IMG/VR virus record: IMGVR_UViG_3300048839_000884
Span: 1 to 63,674 of that record
DNA from: a virus
Taxonomy: Duplodnaviria; Caudoviricetes
Reading direction: 5' to 3' (one strand)
DNA: 63,674 bases
Shown here: positions 35,509 through 43,886 of the stretch, piece after piece
Layout of the letters: the number at the start of each line of letters is the position of its first letter
Numbering within the stretch: position 1 is the stretch's first letter
Made by a program: the position numbers and the translations under genes
The notes under the pieces: model-generated
Told to the model about the DNA's origin: nothing
Database searches by the model: none
Seen by the model: only the letters and a program-made list of their open reading frames with translations

Positions 35509-37234
35509 CGTTGATCTCCTTGGCAAGCCGGTCCTCGCGGGGATTCGCGGGCCGGGGCTCCATGTCGTAGAGGCGTGAGCAGGCGTCGACGAGGTCGTCA
35601 TGCGGCGCGAAGGGGAACAACGTCATCTCCTCGATGAGCATGACCGTCAGGTCGTACACCTCCCGGTTCTCGTTCTGCCGCTTGATCGGCCGCGCGATCC
35701 GGTGCGCCTGCCCGGTCTCCATCATCCGCCGGGCTGCGCCGGACTGCGAGACGACCGGCTTGTAGAGGATCGCGTTGCCCTTCAACTCCCATGTGCATTC
35801 GGTGTGGTGCTGCGGCGACCAGACGACGGCCGGGAGCCAGAACCGGCTGTGCCGGACGTCCGGCTCCAGCCGCTCGACACGGTCCTTCTTGGACTGCGAG
35901 ATCGAGTCCCGGCTCCAGTTCAGTTCCGTGATGTGGAAGTTCGGCCCGTGGGTCATCTGTTGCTCGCGGACGTATTCGAGGTCCACGGCCATGCCGTACT
36001 GTTCCCAACCGACCTTGATGAGCGCGACGCCGGGCCGGTCCTTCCATTTCCTGTAGAGGTCGCGGACGTGCTGCCATCGCTCGGACAGCGCCATGCGGTG
36101 ACAGTAGCCGTCCAACAGGTATTTGTTCCCCTCCGCGTCGATGCCGATCACGGCGATGGCGGTCCGGTCGGACGTCGCCGAGCGGCCCTTCGACGGGTCG
36201 ACCATGATGTAGACGTTCACGGTCGCCGGCCGGACGTCGTAGTGCCGCAGCCAGTCCGGGCGGAAGACGTTCTCCTTGCCCGCGGTCGGGTTCTGGAGCA
36301 TCTGCGCGGCCACCGTGGTGCGCTGGTCGCGGACGACTTCCATCCACTTCTCGGGCGAGAGGAACACCGGCTTGCCGTCCACCTCACCGGTGTCGGTCGC
36401 CGGGTAGATCCGCTGCTTCACCGAGCCGCGCTGGATGAGGACGCCGTAGGTGTCGTTGTAGCTGTAGCGGGTGCCGACGTGCCACTTCCTCGTCCCCTCT
36501 CCGACGCCGAGGTTGTCGGAGAGTTCCCACGCGGTCGTCACCTTCAAGACCATGTCCGGGTTGGAGACGAGATCCTGATCGACGAGATCGTCGTAGACGA
36601 GAAGGCGGAAGTGGCGGCCGGTCGGCGAGCCCTGCACCAGCCCGAACGCCTCGACGGTCGCCTCCTTGGGGTTCGACTGCCGCTTGACGACGATCCCCTC
36701 GTCCGACCACTTCGGCGCCTCCTTCGCCGGGTTGTCCCATAGGACGTCCGGGAACACCGCCTTGAGGAGTTCGTTCGATTCGAGTTCGCGCTTGATCTGC
36801 TGGAGGAAGGGGATCGCGATCTTCGAGGTGCCGGCGAAGATGCCGACCGTGATCTCCGGATCGCGCAGGATCTCCTGAATGACGCCGGCGAAGGTGATGA
36901 ACGTGCTCTTGTAGTGGTAGCGCGCCCACAGATCGAGGTAGCCGTCTGGCTCCGCCTCCACCTCCCGGCAGCGGTCGTAAAGCCACGGGTGCAGCGCGTC
37001 GTGGCGCCGCAGGAGGACGGTCGTCAGGTAGAAGCGGTCTTGGCAGGCCGCATAGGCTTGCTCGTAGCGGGACATGATCGGCGCCGCGCGCCGGACCCAA
37101 TCGAAATACTCGTCGAAGGAGAGGTAGGGCAGTTCGTCCCGGATGAAGTCGATGACGTCGGGATGCGGGCGCTTGAGCGGGTCAGGGTCCGCGGCGCCCA
37201 TGGTCAGGTATCGCTCGCCGTGGTCGACCATCAT
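35495..37234 (-). CDS. terL: Terminase large subunit
   Basis: ARYHYKST (Walker A-like), LLVYDDLV (Walker B), VGTRY, IMVDPS and HDDLVDA nuclease motifs. Confidence 0.9.
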   Translation of the reverse strand: MMVDHGERYLTMGAADPDPLKRPHPDVIDFIRDELPYLSFDEYFDWVRRAAPIMSRYEQAYAACQDRFYLTTVLLRRHDALHPWLYDRCREVEAEPDGYLDLWARYHYKSTFITFAGVIQEILRDPEITVGIFAGTSKIAIPFLQQIKRELESNELLKAVFPDVLWDNPAKEAPKWSDEGIVVKRQSNPKEATVEAFGLVQGSPTGRHFRLLVYDDLVDQDLVSNPDMVLKVTTAWELSDNLGVGEGTRKWHVGTRYSYNDTYGVLIQRGSVKQRIYPATDTGEVDGKPVFLSPEKWMEVVRDQRTTVAAQMLQNPTAGKENVFRPDWLRHYDVRPATVNVYIMVDPSKGRSATSDRTAIAVIGIDAEGNKYLLDGYCHRMALSERWQHVRDLYRKWKDRPGVALIKVGWEQYGMAVDLEYVREQQMTHGPNFHITELNWSRDSISQSKKDRVERLEPDVRHSRFWLPAVVWSPQHHTECTWELKGNAILYKPVVSQSGAARRMMETGQAHRIARPIKRQNENREVYDLTVMLIEEMTLFPFAPHDDLVDACSRLYDMEPRPANPREDRLAKEINDAMA

Positions 37235-37237
37235 CCC

Positions 37238-37453
37238 TCACCGGTCGGACGTCTTCTCGCTGCGAAGATATACTCGATCCGACGCCGCGCCGCACACGGG
37301 GCACTTCGCGTCCTTGAACGCCCGTGCCGTCACCGCGATGGCGCACAGGCGCGGGATGATGATGTCGCTGTCCTCGCCGCAGTCCCGGCAATGTGCCGGG
37401 ACCACCGAGAAGAAGCGAGGGTTCGACGGGCGGCCCACTACCAGCCCGTCCAC
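37238..37453 (-). CDS. Zinc-ribbon protein
   Basis: CRDC...CPVC; GTG start uncertain. Confidence 0.5.
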   Translation of the reverse strand: MDGLVVGRPSNPRFFSVVPAHCRDCGEDSDIIIPRLCAIAVTARAFKDAKCPVCGAASDRVYLRSEKTSDR

Positions 37454-37575
37454 ATGAAGACGATGAGCCGCAGCGCCCCCGACGAAACGGTGATGATCGC
37501 CGTCGTCGCCACGGCGGCGAGCGCGATATCCTCGCCGTCGGCGCGAATGAACCAGTCGTAGACCCGGCGGATCAT
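37438..37575 (-). CDS. Small membrane protein
   Basis: AAGGAG RBS, ATGA overlap, hydrophobic segment. Confidence 0.5.
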   Translation of the reverse strand: MIRRVYDWFIRADGEDIALAAVATTAIITVSSGALRLIVFMWTGW

Positions 37576-37919
37576 TGCAGTTGCTCCTTCCACGAGTGCG
37601 GCGGGTTCGCGGCCCGCTTGGCTGCGTAGCGCGCGACAACGTCGCGGCCGGCGGCGGTCGGCCAATAGCCGCTGTCCCTCTCATCACCCCTGACCCATTC
37701 GATCCAGCCTAGCCGTTCCATGGCCATAAGCTCGTCAGGCGTCGGTTCCTTCCCCTCCTCCGCGAACTTTACGAAGCGGGGGAGGACGATCATCAGAAGG
37801 GACTCCGTGGCAAGGTCGAGTTGGTCTTTAAGCTCGGCGAGCCGGGCGATGGTCTCGTCGATCAGGGCGTTCGCGGCGAACTGGCGGAGCCTCGCCATCA
37901 GGTCGGTGTCGTCGCTCAT
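37572..37919 (-). CDS. Hypothetical protein
   Basis: GGAGA RBS, coupled; MSDDTDLMARL... Confidence 0.6.
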   Translation of the reverse strand: MSDDTDLMARLRQFAANALIDETIARLAELKDQLDLATESLLMIVLPRFVKFAEEGKEPTPDELMAMERLGWIEWVRGDERDSGYWPTAAGRDVVARYAAKRAANPPHSWKEQLQ

Positions 37920-38347
37920 TTCTCTCCAAGCTCCTTGTCGATGCGGGCGAGGAGCCCGGCTGCGAGTTCCGACCCGACGCCGGCGATGCGCTGCCAGTCC
38001 TCGACGTACCATCGCGCGTCCTTGAGTAGTTCGCGCAGGCGCTCCGCCGGCTCCGCCAGCCTGCGTTCGCGCTCCCGCGCGCGGGCGATGTCCGCCTCGA
38101 TCTTCTCGTGCATCTTCCGGTCGCTCTCGGCCCGGCGGCGAAGGACGGCGACCGGGTCGTGCTGCCCGCAGTAGCGGAGCTTCCCGTAGGTGTGCTTCGG
38201 CTCCCGGCTACACTGTGTCGGGAACAGGCCGCGACCGTGCCAGACGGACGCGCAACATCGGTCCGGGTTGTGGCGGAACGCGCCGCCCCTCCACCCGGAG
38301 ATCGGCGGCGAGACCCGCGCGGCTTCATCCTCGGTCATGTCACTCAT
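37916..38347 (-). CDS. Hypothetical protein with Cys/His motif
   Basis: RCCASV..QCSR..YCGQH then coiled coil. Confidence 0.6.
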   Translation of the reverse strand: MSDMTEDEAARVSPPISGWRGGAFRHNPDRCCASVWHGRGLFPTQCSREPKHTYGKLRYCGQHDPVAVLRRRAESDRKMHEKIEADIARARERERRLAEPAERLRELLKDARWYVEDWQRIAGVGSELAAGLLARIDKELGEK

Positions 38348-38801
38348 CGTCGAAATCCTCCGAGAAGATGTTCTTCGTCGGCCCGGCGCAGGTCGGCTTG
38401 ACCCGGCCGTAGCCGATCAGGCCGTGGATCTGCCAGTCGCCTTGCTTCTGGAGCCCGAGCGTGAGGTTCCCGGTGAAGCCGATATAGCCCCGGACCTGCG
38501 CCTTCGACCGCTTCTTGCGGTCGACGATGTCGAGCGTCCCGGTCACCTCGCCCATGGCGCTGACGAGGAGCCGACCGTCGAGGATCCGCATCGGCCGCGG
38601 CGCGCAGGTCGCGGTCTGGATGTGCGCCTTCCGGCCGAACTTGAGGTGGCACTCCATCGAGTTGCCCTGCACATGCAGGACCGTGATGCGGTGCAGGCCG
38701 CAGATGAGTGGTTCCGGCCACTCGTCCGCGGCGGCGTCGCCCGGCGAGGCCGCGGCGACCGTGGCTGCGATCAGGGCAGCGAGGAAGGTGCGACGATTCA
38801 T
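38340..38801 (-). CDS. Exported protein with Tat-like signal
   Basis: GAGGAGG RBS; MNRRTFLAALIAATVAAASPGDAAA. Confidence 0.6.
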   Translation of the reverse strand: MNRRTFLAALIAATVAAASPGDAAADEWPEPLICGLHRITVLHVQGNSMECHLKFGRKAHIQTATCAPRPMRILDGRLLVSAMGEVTGTLDIVDRKKRSKAQVRGYIGFTGNLTLGLQKQGDWQIHGLIGYGRVKPTCAGPTKNIFSEDFDDE

Positions 38802-38980
38802 TGGTCGCGCCTCCTCTTCACGAGGTAGACCCACGCGCCCACCGCCGCGACGGGCAGAACGAGCACGCCCCACCCGGCCACGAGGATGGCCATCGTTGCG
38901 ACTACGATCAGGATGATCGTGACCACGATCACGATCAGGTAGTCGGTGGCGTCGAGTTGCGGATCCGGTTCCCACGTCAT
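38798..38980 (-). CDS. Small two-TM membrane protein
   Basis: MTWEPDPQLDATDYLIVIVV...; ATGA overlaps. Confidence 0.55.
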   Translation of the reverse strand: MTWEPDPQLDATDYLIVIVVTIILIVVATMAILVAGWGVLVLPVAAVGAWVYLVKRRRDQ

Positions 38981-39477
38981 GCCGCACCCCCGATCTCGCC
39001 GGCGGCGAAGCGGCGCGCGACCTCCGCATGAAGGTCGGAGAGCGGCACCTCCGAGAGCGGCGTGCCGCACACGACCCGGCGCATCGTCTTCTCGACGAAG
39101 CCGTGGATCATGTGGTTGGCCTCCTCCAGCGTCAGCGACCCCTCGTCGACCTTGCCGACGTCACCGACCCATTTCTCCTGCATCCCGCGATAGGTCGTTG
39201 GGAGGAGCGGATGCAGGATGATGAAGCGCGGGCGCTTCGGAGCCGACTTGAGGCGGAACGGCCGGGCGTAGCCCCACACCGAAAGGTAGTAGAAAACCGT
39301 CAGGCAGACCGTCCGGCCGGCGTTGGACTCGGTGCGGGTTATGTTCGCCTGCGGCGCGTAGATGGCGCGGTAGACGTCTTCCGGGTCGACCTCCTGTCCG
39401 ACGCTGACGGTGCTCCGGATGAAGGCGTAGATTTTTTCGGACAGCGTCTCGGTGTCCGTGTTGTCGATCAGCGACAT
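38977..39477 (-). CDS. Hypothetical protein
   Basis: CAGGAGGGATCC-ATG start as in early genes. Confidence 0.7.
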   Translation of the reverse strand: MSLIDNTDTETLSEKIYAFIRSTVSVGQEVDPEDVYRAIYAPQANITRTESNAGRTVCLTVFYYLSVWGYARPFRLKSAPKRPRFIILHPLLPTTYRGMQEKWVGDVGKVDEGSLTLEEANHMIHGFVEKTMRRVVCGTPLSEVPLSDLHAEVARRFAAGEIGGAA

Positions 39478-39493
39478 GGATCCCTCCTGTTGG

Positions 39494-40270
39494 TCAGGCT
39501 GACTGCATCACGCGGCGGAGCGCGCCGCGGGTGTGCTCGTACATCGCGGCGACGATGGCCTCGCTCATCGTTTCCTGAAACCGCGGCTTCCACTTCTTCC
39601 AGACGGCCTCGACGTCGGTCTTCGATTCCGCGACGTCGAGATCCATGAGGTAGGCGTCTTCGTCGGCGCGCTGCTCGGTCGTCAGCACGATCTCGGGCTC
39701 GCCCGGCACCTGCGGCTCGCCCGGCCGCTCGTCTCGCTCCTGCGGCAGCGGATCCTCCCGCGGCGGCGGCGGCGGCCGGCGGGGCGGCTGGCGCACGGGT
39801 GGCGGCGCCGGCGGCGCCCGCCGTGGCAGGCTCGGCTCCGGCCGCCGGTCGTCGTAGGCGGCGCCGATGTCCGCGTCCTCGTCGCTGGCCACGCCCAGCG
39901 CCACGCAGGCGGCGTAGCGGCGCGCGTAGGTCAGGTTGCCGCCGATCTGCTGCATGGCGGCGCCCGCCTGCCCGGCCGGCATCCGGCCGGCGTCGATCAC
40001 TCCGCCGCCCCGGTGCAGGATGCGGGTGCAGACGACGAGGCCGCCGTTCTGCGTGATCTCGACCGACTGCGCGAGCGCGAGCCCGTGCTTGGCCAGCACC
40101 GGCAGCGCCACGGCGAGGACGTCGGCGATGTCGGCGTACTTGTAGCTGTAGCCCTGCCGCCCGTCCTTGCCCGGCACCTTCGCCTCCTTGTTCTTCGGGA
40201 TCGCCGGCACCTCGCCCTGAAAGGCCGACAGGGCGGCGTAGGCTTCGGCGAGCGGGTCACCGGCGGACAT
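39494..40270 (-). CDS. erf: ERF-family ssDNA annealing protein
   Basis: YKYADIADV..LAKHGL..QQIGGNLTYARRYA..LGVASDED. Confidence 0.85.
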   Translation of the reverse strand: MSAGDPLAEAYAALSAFQGEVPAIPKNKEAKVPGKDGRQGYSYKYADIADVLAVALPVLAKHGLALAQSVEITQNGGLVVCTRILHRGGGVIDAGRMPAGQAGAAMQQIGGNLTYARRYAACVALGVASDEDADIGAAYDDRRPEPSLPRRAPPAPPPVRQPPRRPPPPPREDPLPQERDERPGEPQVPGEPEIVLTTEQRADEDAYLMDLDVAESKTDVEAVWKKWKPRFQETMSEAIVAAMYEHTRGALRRVMQSA

Positions 40271-41219
40271 CGGCGACCTCCTCGATCTCGACGCCGTCGA
40301 CGACGAGCCCGCGCTTCACGTCCGCCTCGACCAGCCTCTTGAGCACGTCGACGAAGGCCGGCTCCATCCGGTAGCGGGCGATCACCTTGTCCATGTCGAC
40401 GATGCGCGGGATGCGCTTGATCCCGACCGACGACGCGCGGCCGGTGACGGTCTGGATCCGCTGCGGCAGGATCTCCGGCGCCGGCTCCGGGGTGGGCTCC
40501 ACGGGCTCTGGCGCGGGCGCTGACGCCCGTTCCGCTTCGGCGGCCCTCCGGGCCTCCTCCTCCGCAAGGCGCCGCTGGCGGGCCTCCTCCTCGCGCTGTG
40601 CGCGGAGCTTGGCGGTCATGTAGGCGTCCAGCATCGCCTTAAGCGAGGCGTCGGCGGTCTTCGACCGGGCGATCAGCGGGCGAAAGTGCTCGTCGACCGC
40701 CTGCCCGGCGCGCAGGTGCGGTTCCTTGCGCTCCGAGCGCAGCTTGTCCAGCTTCGACCCGATCTTGCCGATGGACGAGCGCAGGCCGGCCACCTTCGTG
40801 GCCTCCTCGTCGGTCCGGATCTCCTCGTAGCGCGCCGCGGCGACCTCAAGCTCGATCAGGTTCTCGACCAGCAACGTCTCCTCGTCGACCGTCTCGGCGT
40901 TCCGGCGCACGACGGTGGCCGCCGCCTCGTCGACGTCCGGCCACTCGCCGGTCTCCATGCGCCGCTCGTAGACGAAGTGCGCTATCGGATGCCGGCAGGA
41001 CCGCTGGAAGATCGACCAGACCCGGTCCGGGTCGCAGGTCGGTTCGTTGTGGTCGACCTGCGCCCACATCGTCCCGTCGTCTTCCTTCCAGATCGCCACC
41101 GCGGACGGCAGTCCGTCGCGGTTGTTCCGCCGGTAGTAGCCGATGTGCGGCTCGCCTTCATGAACGGGCATGTCTTCGCCGGCGAGCGAGCGCCGCCAGT
41201 ACGTCCAGTCCGCTGTCAT
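40257..41219 (-). CDS. Hypothetical coiled-coil protein adjacent to ERF
   Basis: CAGGAGGG RBS; RKEPHLRAGQAVDEHF..VDGVEIEE pattern. Confidence 0.7.
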   Translation of the reverse strand: MTADWTYWRRSLAGEDMPVHEGEPHIGYYRRNNRDGLPSAVAIWKEDDGTMWAQVDHNEPTCDPDRVWSIFQRSCRHPIAHFVYERRMETGEWPDVDEAAATVVRRNAETVDEETLLVENLIELEVAAARYEEIRTDEEATKVAGLRSSIGKIGSKLDKLRSERKEPHLRAGQAVDEHFRPLIARSKTADASLKAMLDAYMTAKLRAQREEEARQRRLAEEEARRAAEAERASAPAPEPVEPTPEPAPEILPQRIQTVTGRASSVGIKRIPRIVDMDKVIARYRMEPAFVDVLKRLVEADVKRGLVVDGVEIEEVADVRR

Positions 41220-41243
41220 GCTTCCCTCCTGTGCCGAAGCAGC

Positions 41244-41275
41244 ATCTTGCACCGGCTTCACCGACGTGTCAACAT
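41244..41275. promoter_or_regulatory. Overlapping divergent sigma70-like promoters
   Basis: - strand TTGACA-17-CAAGAT; + strand TTGCAC-17-CAACAT. Confidence 0.55.
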
Positions 41276-41297
41276 GCGCTCAACACAGGAGGCGACC

Positions 41298-41741
41298 ATG
41301 GACCAGATACGGCGGCGCGAGCAGCCGGCCAAGACCATAGACGAGATCGTGCGCGATCACCTGCACCAAGTCGTCAGCCGGCGCGGCTTCGCCTACAAGG
41401 CGCTCCGCAGGCGGGTGCTCGACAACGGGGTGATCCCCGAGCACCTGTGGCTCCCGCTGGAGGCGACCGGCGTCTCGTGGGACGACATCTGCGCGATCCA
41501 CGGCATCAGCGCCGGCCCGGCCCGCATCATCAAGCGGTTCGGCCTCATGCGCGTCGACGGCAAGCGCGGCCGGCAGCACATGATGGATCGCCTCGGGGTC
41601 TGCAAGACCGCCATCAGCCATTGGGCGGGGAAGAACCACGTCCCATGGGGCCGGCGTTTCGAGTTCATCAAGATGGCGTTGGAGGACTTCGGGCTTGTCC
41701 TCGACGTCGAAGACCTGAGCCCCGGAGGACGTCGGTCATGA
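41298..41741 (+). CDS. Putative Cro-like/HTH regulator
   Basis: CAGGAGG RBS; MDRLGVCKTAISHWAGKNHVP; first gene at the divergence. Confidence 0.55.
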   Translation: MDQIRRREQPAKTIDEIVRDHLHQVVSRRGFAYKALRRRVLDNGVIPEHLWLPLEATGVSWDDICAIHGISAGPARIIKRFGLMRVDGKRGRQHMMDRLGVCKTAISHWAGKNHVPWGRRFEFIKMALEDFGLVLDVEDLSPGGRRS

Positions 41742-42016
41742 AGCCGCAGCAGATGGAAGCGTTCGAGCCGAAGGAGACCGGCGAGGTGGTGGCCGGCGCC
41801 GAGATCAAGCAATTCGTCGAGCGGGTCGAGCGGCTGGCCGAGGAGAAGAAGGCGATCAGCGACGACATTCGGGACGTCTTCGCCGAGGCGAAGGGGCGTG
41901 GGTTCGACGTCAAGGCGCTCCGGACGATCATCCGCCTACGCGCCAAGGAGCCGCACGAGCGCGAGGAGGAGGAGGCGATGGTCGACCTCTACAAGTCGGC
42001 GCGCGGGATGCGCTGA
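41738..42016 (+). CDS. gapR: GapR-like (DUF2312) DNA-binding protein
   Basis: IKQFVERVERLAEEKKAISDDIRDVFAEAKGRGFDVKALRTIIRLR..EEEAMVDLY. Confidence 0.9.
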   Translation: MKPQQMEAFEPKETGEVVAGAEIKQFVERVERLAEEKKAISDDIRDVFAEAKGRGFDVKALRTIIRLRAKEPHEREEEEAMVDLYKSARGMR

Positions 42017-42420
42017 TGCTCCGCATCCCCCGCCACCAGCAGGCGGCGCCGCCGCGCGAGGACGAGATCCAGCGAAGCATCGTGTCGCTCCTCACCGTCG
42101 TCCTGCGTCGCGATGTCATCATGTTCCATCCGGCCAACGGGGGCAGTCGGCACGGCGTTGAGGCGGCGAAGTTCAAGGGGCTCGGCGTCGTGCCGGGGGT
42201 GGCGGATCTCATCTTCCTCGCGGACGGTCGTGGGTACGCGATGGAGGTGAAGCGACCGAAGCTCGGGCGCCAGTCGCCCAGCCAAGAGACGTTCGAGGCC
42301 CGGTGCATCGGTACGGGCATCCCGTACCGGATCGTCACCAGTGCAGAGGAGGCGCTGCAATGCGCGAGGGATTGGGGATTGGTGAGGGCGACGCTGCCGG
42401 CGTCCCCATCACGGGACTGA
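42016..42420 (+). CDS. VRR-NUC domain nuclease
   Basis: EDEIQ..FHPANGG..GVVPGVADL..MEVK..QSPSQETF. Confidence 0.85.
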   Translation: MLRIPRHQQAAPPREDEIQRSIVSLLTVVLRRDVIMFHPANGGSRHGVEAAKFKGLGVVPGVADLIFLADGRGYAMEVKRPKLGRQSPSQETFEARCIGTGIPYRIVTSAEEALQCARDWGLVRATLPASPSRD

Positions 42421-42617
42421 GCGAATGCACCTGCCGCTGGCCGCTGTGGCCGGTGGTGCGGCGCCGGATCCGCTTCGAGGAAATCCGGTACTGCGGCCGG
42501 GCGGTGTCTCCCGCCCGCGCCTATTGCGAGCAGCATGACGCGGTCGCCCATGGCCGGGCGGCCCTCGACGACGTCGACTTCCGCGTCGGCGACGAGGTGC
42601 TGCATGACGAGGAGTAG
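42360..42617 (+). CDS. GcrA C-terminal-domain-like protein
   Basis: AGAGGAGG RBS; GLSECTCRWPL..YCG..AYCEQH. Confidence 0.7.
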   Translation: MREGLGIGEGDAAGVPITGLSECTCRWPLWPVVRRRIRFEEIRYCGRAVSPARAYCEQHDAVAHGRAALDDVDFRVGDEVLHDEE

Positions 42618-42801
42618 GCTTCCCAGCCTCGTCGAGACGAGGGACGGGCTTGCCCTGATGATCTCCCGCGCCGAGCGCGCGGGTGACACCGGCCGGGTGG
42701 CGATGATCCACGCGGCCGACATCGACATCCTGCGGTCCGCTTGGCACCGGCTTCTCGAAGTCGAGGCGCAGCAGATCCGTGACAGATTGCGTGGCCGTTA
42801 G
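42604..42801 (+). CDS. Hypothetical protein
   Basis: GAGGTG RBS; fills operon. Confidence 0.5.
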   Translation: MTRSRLPSLVETRDGLALMISRAERAGDTGRVAMIHAADIDILRSAWHRLLEVEAQQIRDRLRGR

Positions 42802-42824
42802 ACGGCGAAATTTGGAGGGACACC

Positions 42825-43577
42825 ATGTCGAGCATCGGACCAGTCGAGCAAGCCGCACGCGCCCGCCGGCAGCAGCTTCGCGCCAAGTTCTTCCCCGACC
42901 GGGAACACCTCATCGCCCGGTCGCGTCACAGAGCCTCACCGCACCCGGTCGACGTCGTTCAAGGCTGCGTCCTGATGGAGATGGCCGAGGAGCCCGAGGC
43001 CCCAAAGGTCACCGAGGTGGAGGCGATGATCGTCCCGCCGGTCGGCATGGACGTAACCCCGGAGGTGCTGTCCTTCGTCGGCTCCTATCCCGTCACGATG
43101 TACCTGCACGAGCCGACCACGAAGCGCAGCGCGAAGGCGATCATCAAGCTAACAGCCGCGGCGCACGGGTTCCGCGTCGATGCCTTGGCCGGCCCGCGCC
43201 GACAGAAGGATCTCGTCTTCGCGCGCCACGAGGCGATATGGCGCGTCGCGATGGCCTGCCCGCACCTGAGCCTCCTAAGCATCGGCCGGCTGATCGGGAA
43301 CCGCGACCACACGACGATCCTGCACGCGATCCACGCCTACGACGAGATACTGCGCGCGCAGGGCCGCACCGCCTTCGTGGCGCAGTGCATAGAATGGGGC
43401 GGGCTCACAGCCGACGAAGCGGAGCGGACCTTCGACAGCGGCGCGCAGGCGCTCCGGCGAGAGCGGGTGAAGGCGAAGGCCGACCGCGACGCGATGAAGA
43501 AGCGGCTGGAGCGCGAGGCGCAGCGGGCCGCCCGTGCTGTGGAAAACGGGGACAGCGCGAAGGGGGGTGCGAAGTGA
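42825..43577 (+). CDS. Protein with DnaA C-terminal (domain IV) HTH
   Basis: LAGPRRQKDLVFARHEAIW..SLLSIGRLIGNRDHTTILHAI. Confidence 0.85.
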   Translation: MSSIGPVEQAARARRQQLRAKFFPDREHLIARSRHRASPHPVDVVQGCVLMEMAEEPEAPKVTEVEAMIVPPVGMDVTPEVLSFVGSYPVTMYLHEPTTKRSAKAIIKLTAAAHGFRVDALAGPRRQKDLVFARHEAIWRVAMACPHLSLLSIGRLIGNRDHTTILHAIHAYDEILRAQGRTAFVAQCIEWGGLTADEAERTFDSGAQALRRERVKAKADRDAMKKRLEREAQRAARAVENGDSAKGGAK

Positions 43578-43741
43578 TCGGCAAGCGCACGGCGGCGAGA
43601 CTGCGTCGCGAAAAGATCAACGAAAACAAGGTCTGGCGCCTCATACACGACCAGAAGATCGCCGGGATCGAAAACGAGGTCGTGACCCGGCTGATCGAGA
43701 ATCGGAAAAGCCCAATGGAATCAAAGGGGACGCGCCAATGA
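43574..43741 (+). CDS. Small protein paralogous to the N-terminus of the next gene
   Basis: GTGA and ATGA overlaps; QKIAGI motif shared. Confidence 0.55.
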   Translation: MIGKRTAARLRREKINENKVWRLIHDQKIAGIENEVVTRLIENRKSPMESKGTRQ

Positions 43742-43886
43742 ACCGCCGGGCTTTATCGAGGCAGCGGAAGGAAAACGTCAATGAAATCAAGCGATGGTTG
43801 CTTCTTCTGGAGCAGAAGATCGCCGGGATCGACGAAAAAGTGGCACAGAAACGGGTCCGGCGGGGCGAAAAGCCCAATGAAATCAG
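43618..43886. repeat. Degenerate 161-bp tandem duplication with CAATGAAATCA-like motifs; candidate replication origin
   Basis: cagaagatcgccgggatcga at 43652 and 43813; motifs at 43618, 43713, 43779, 43875. Confidence 0.7.
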
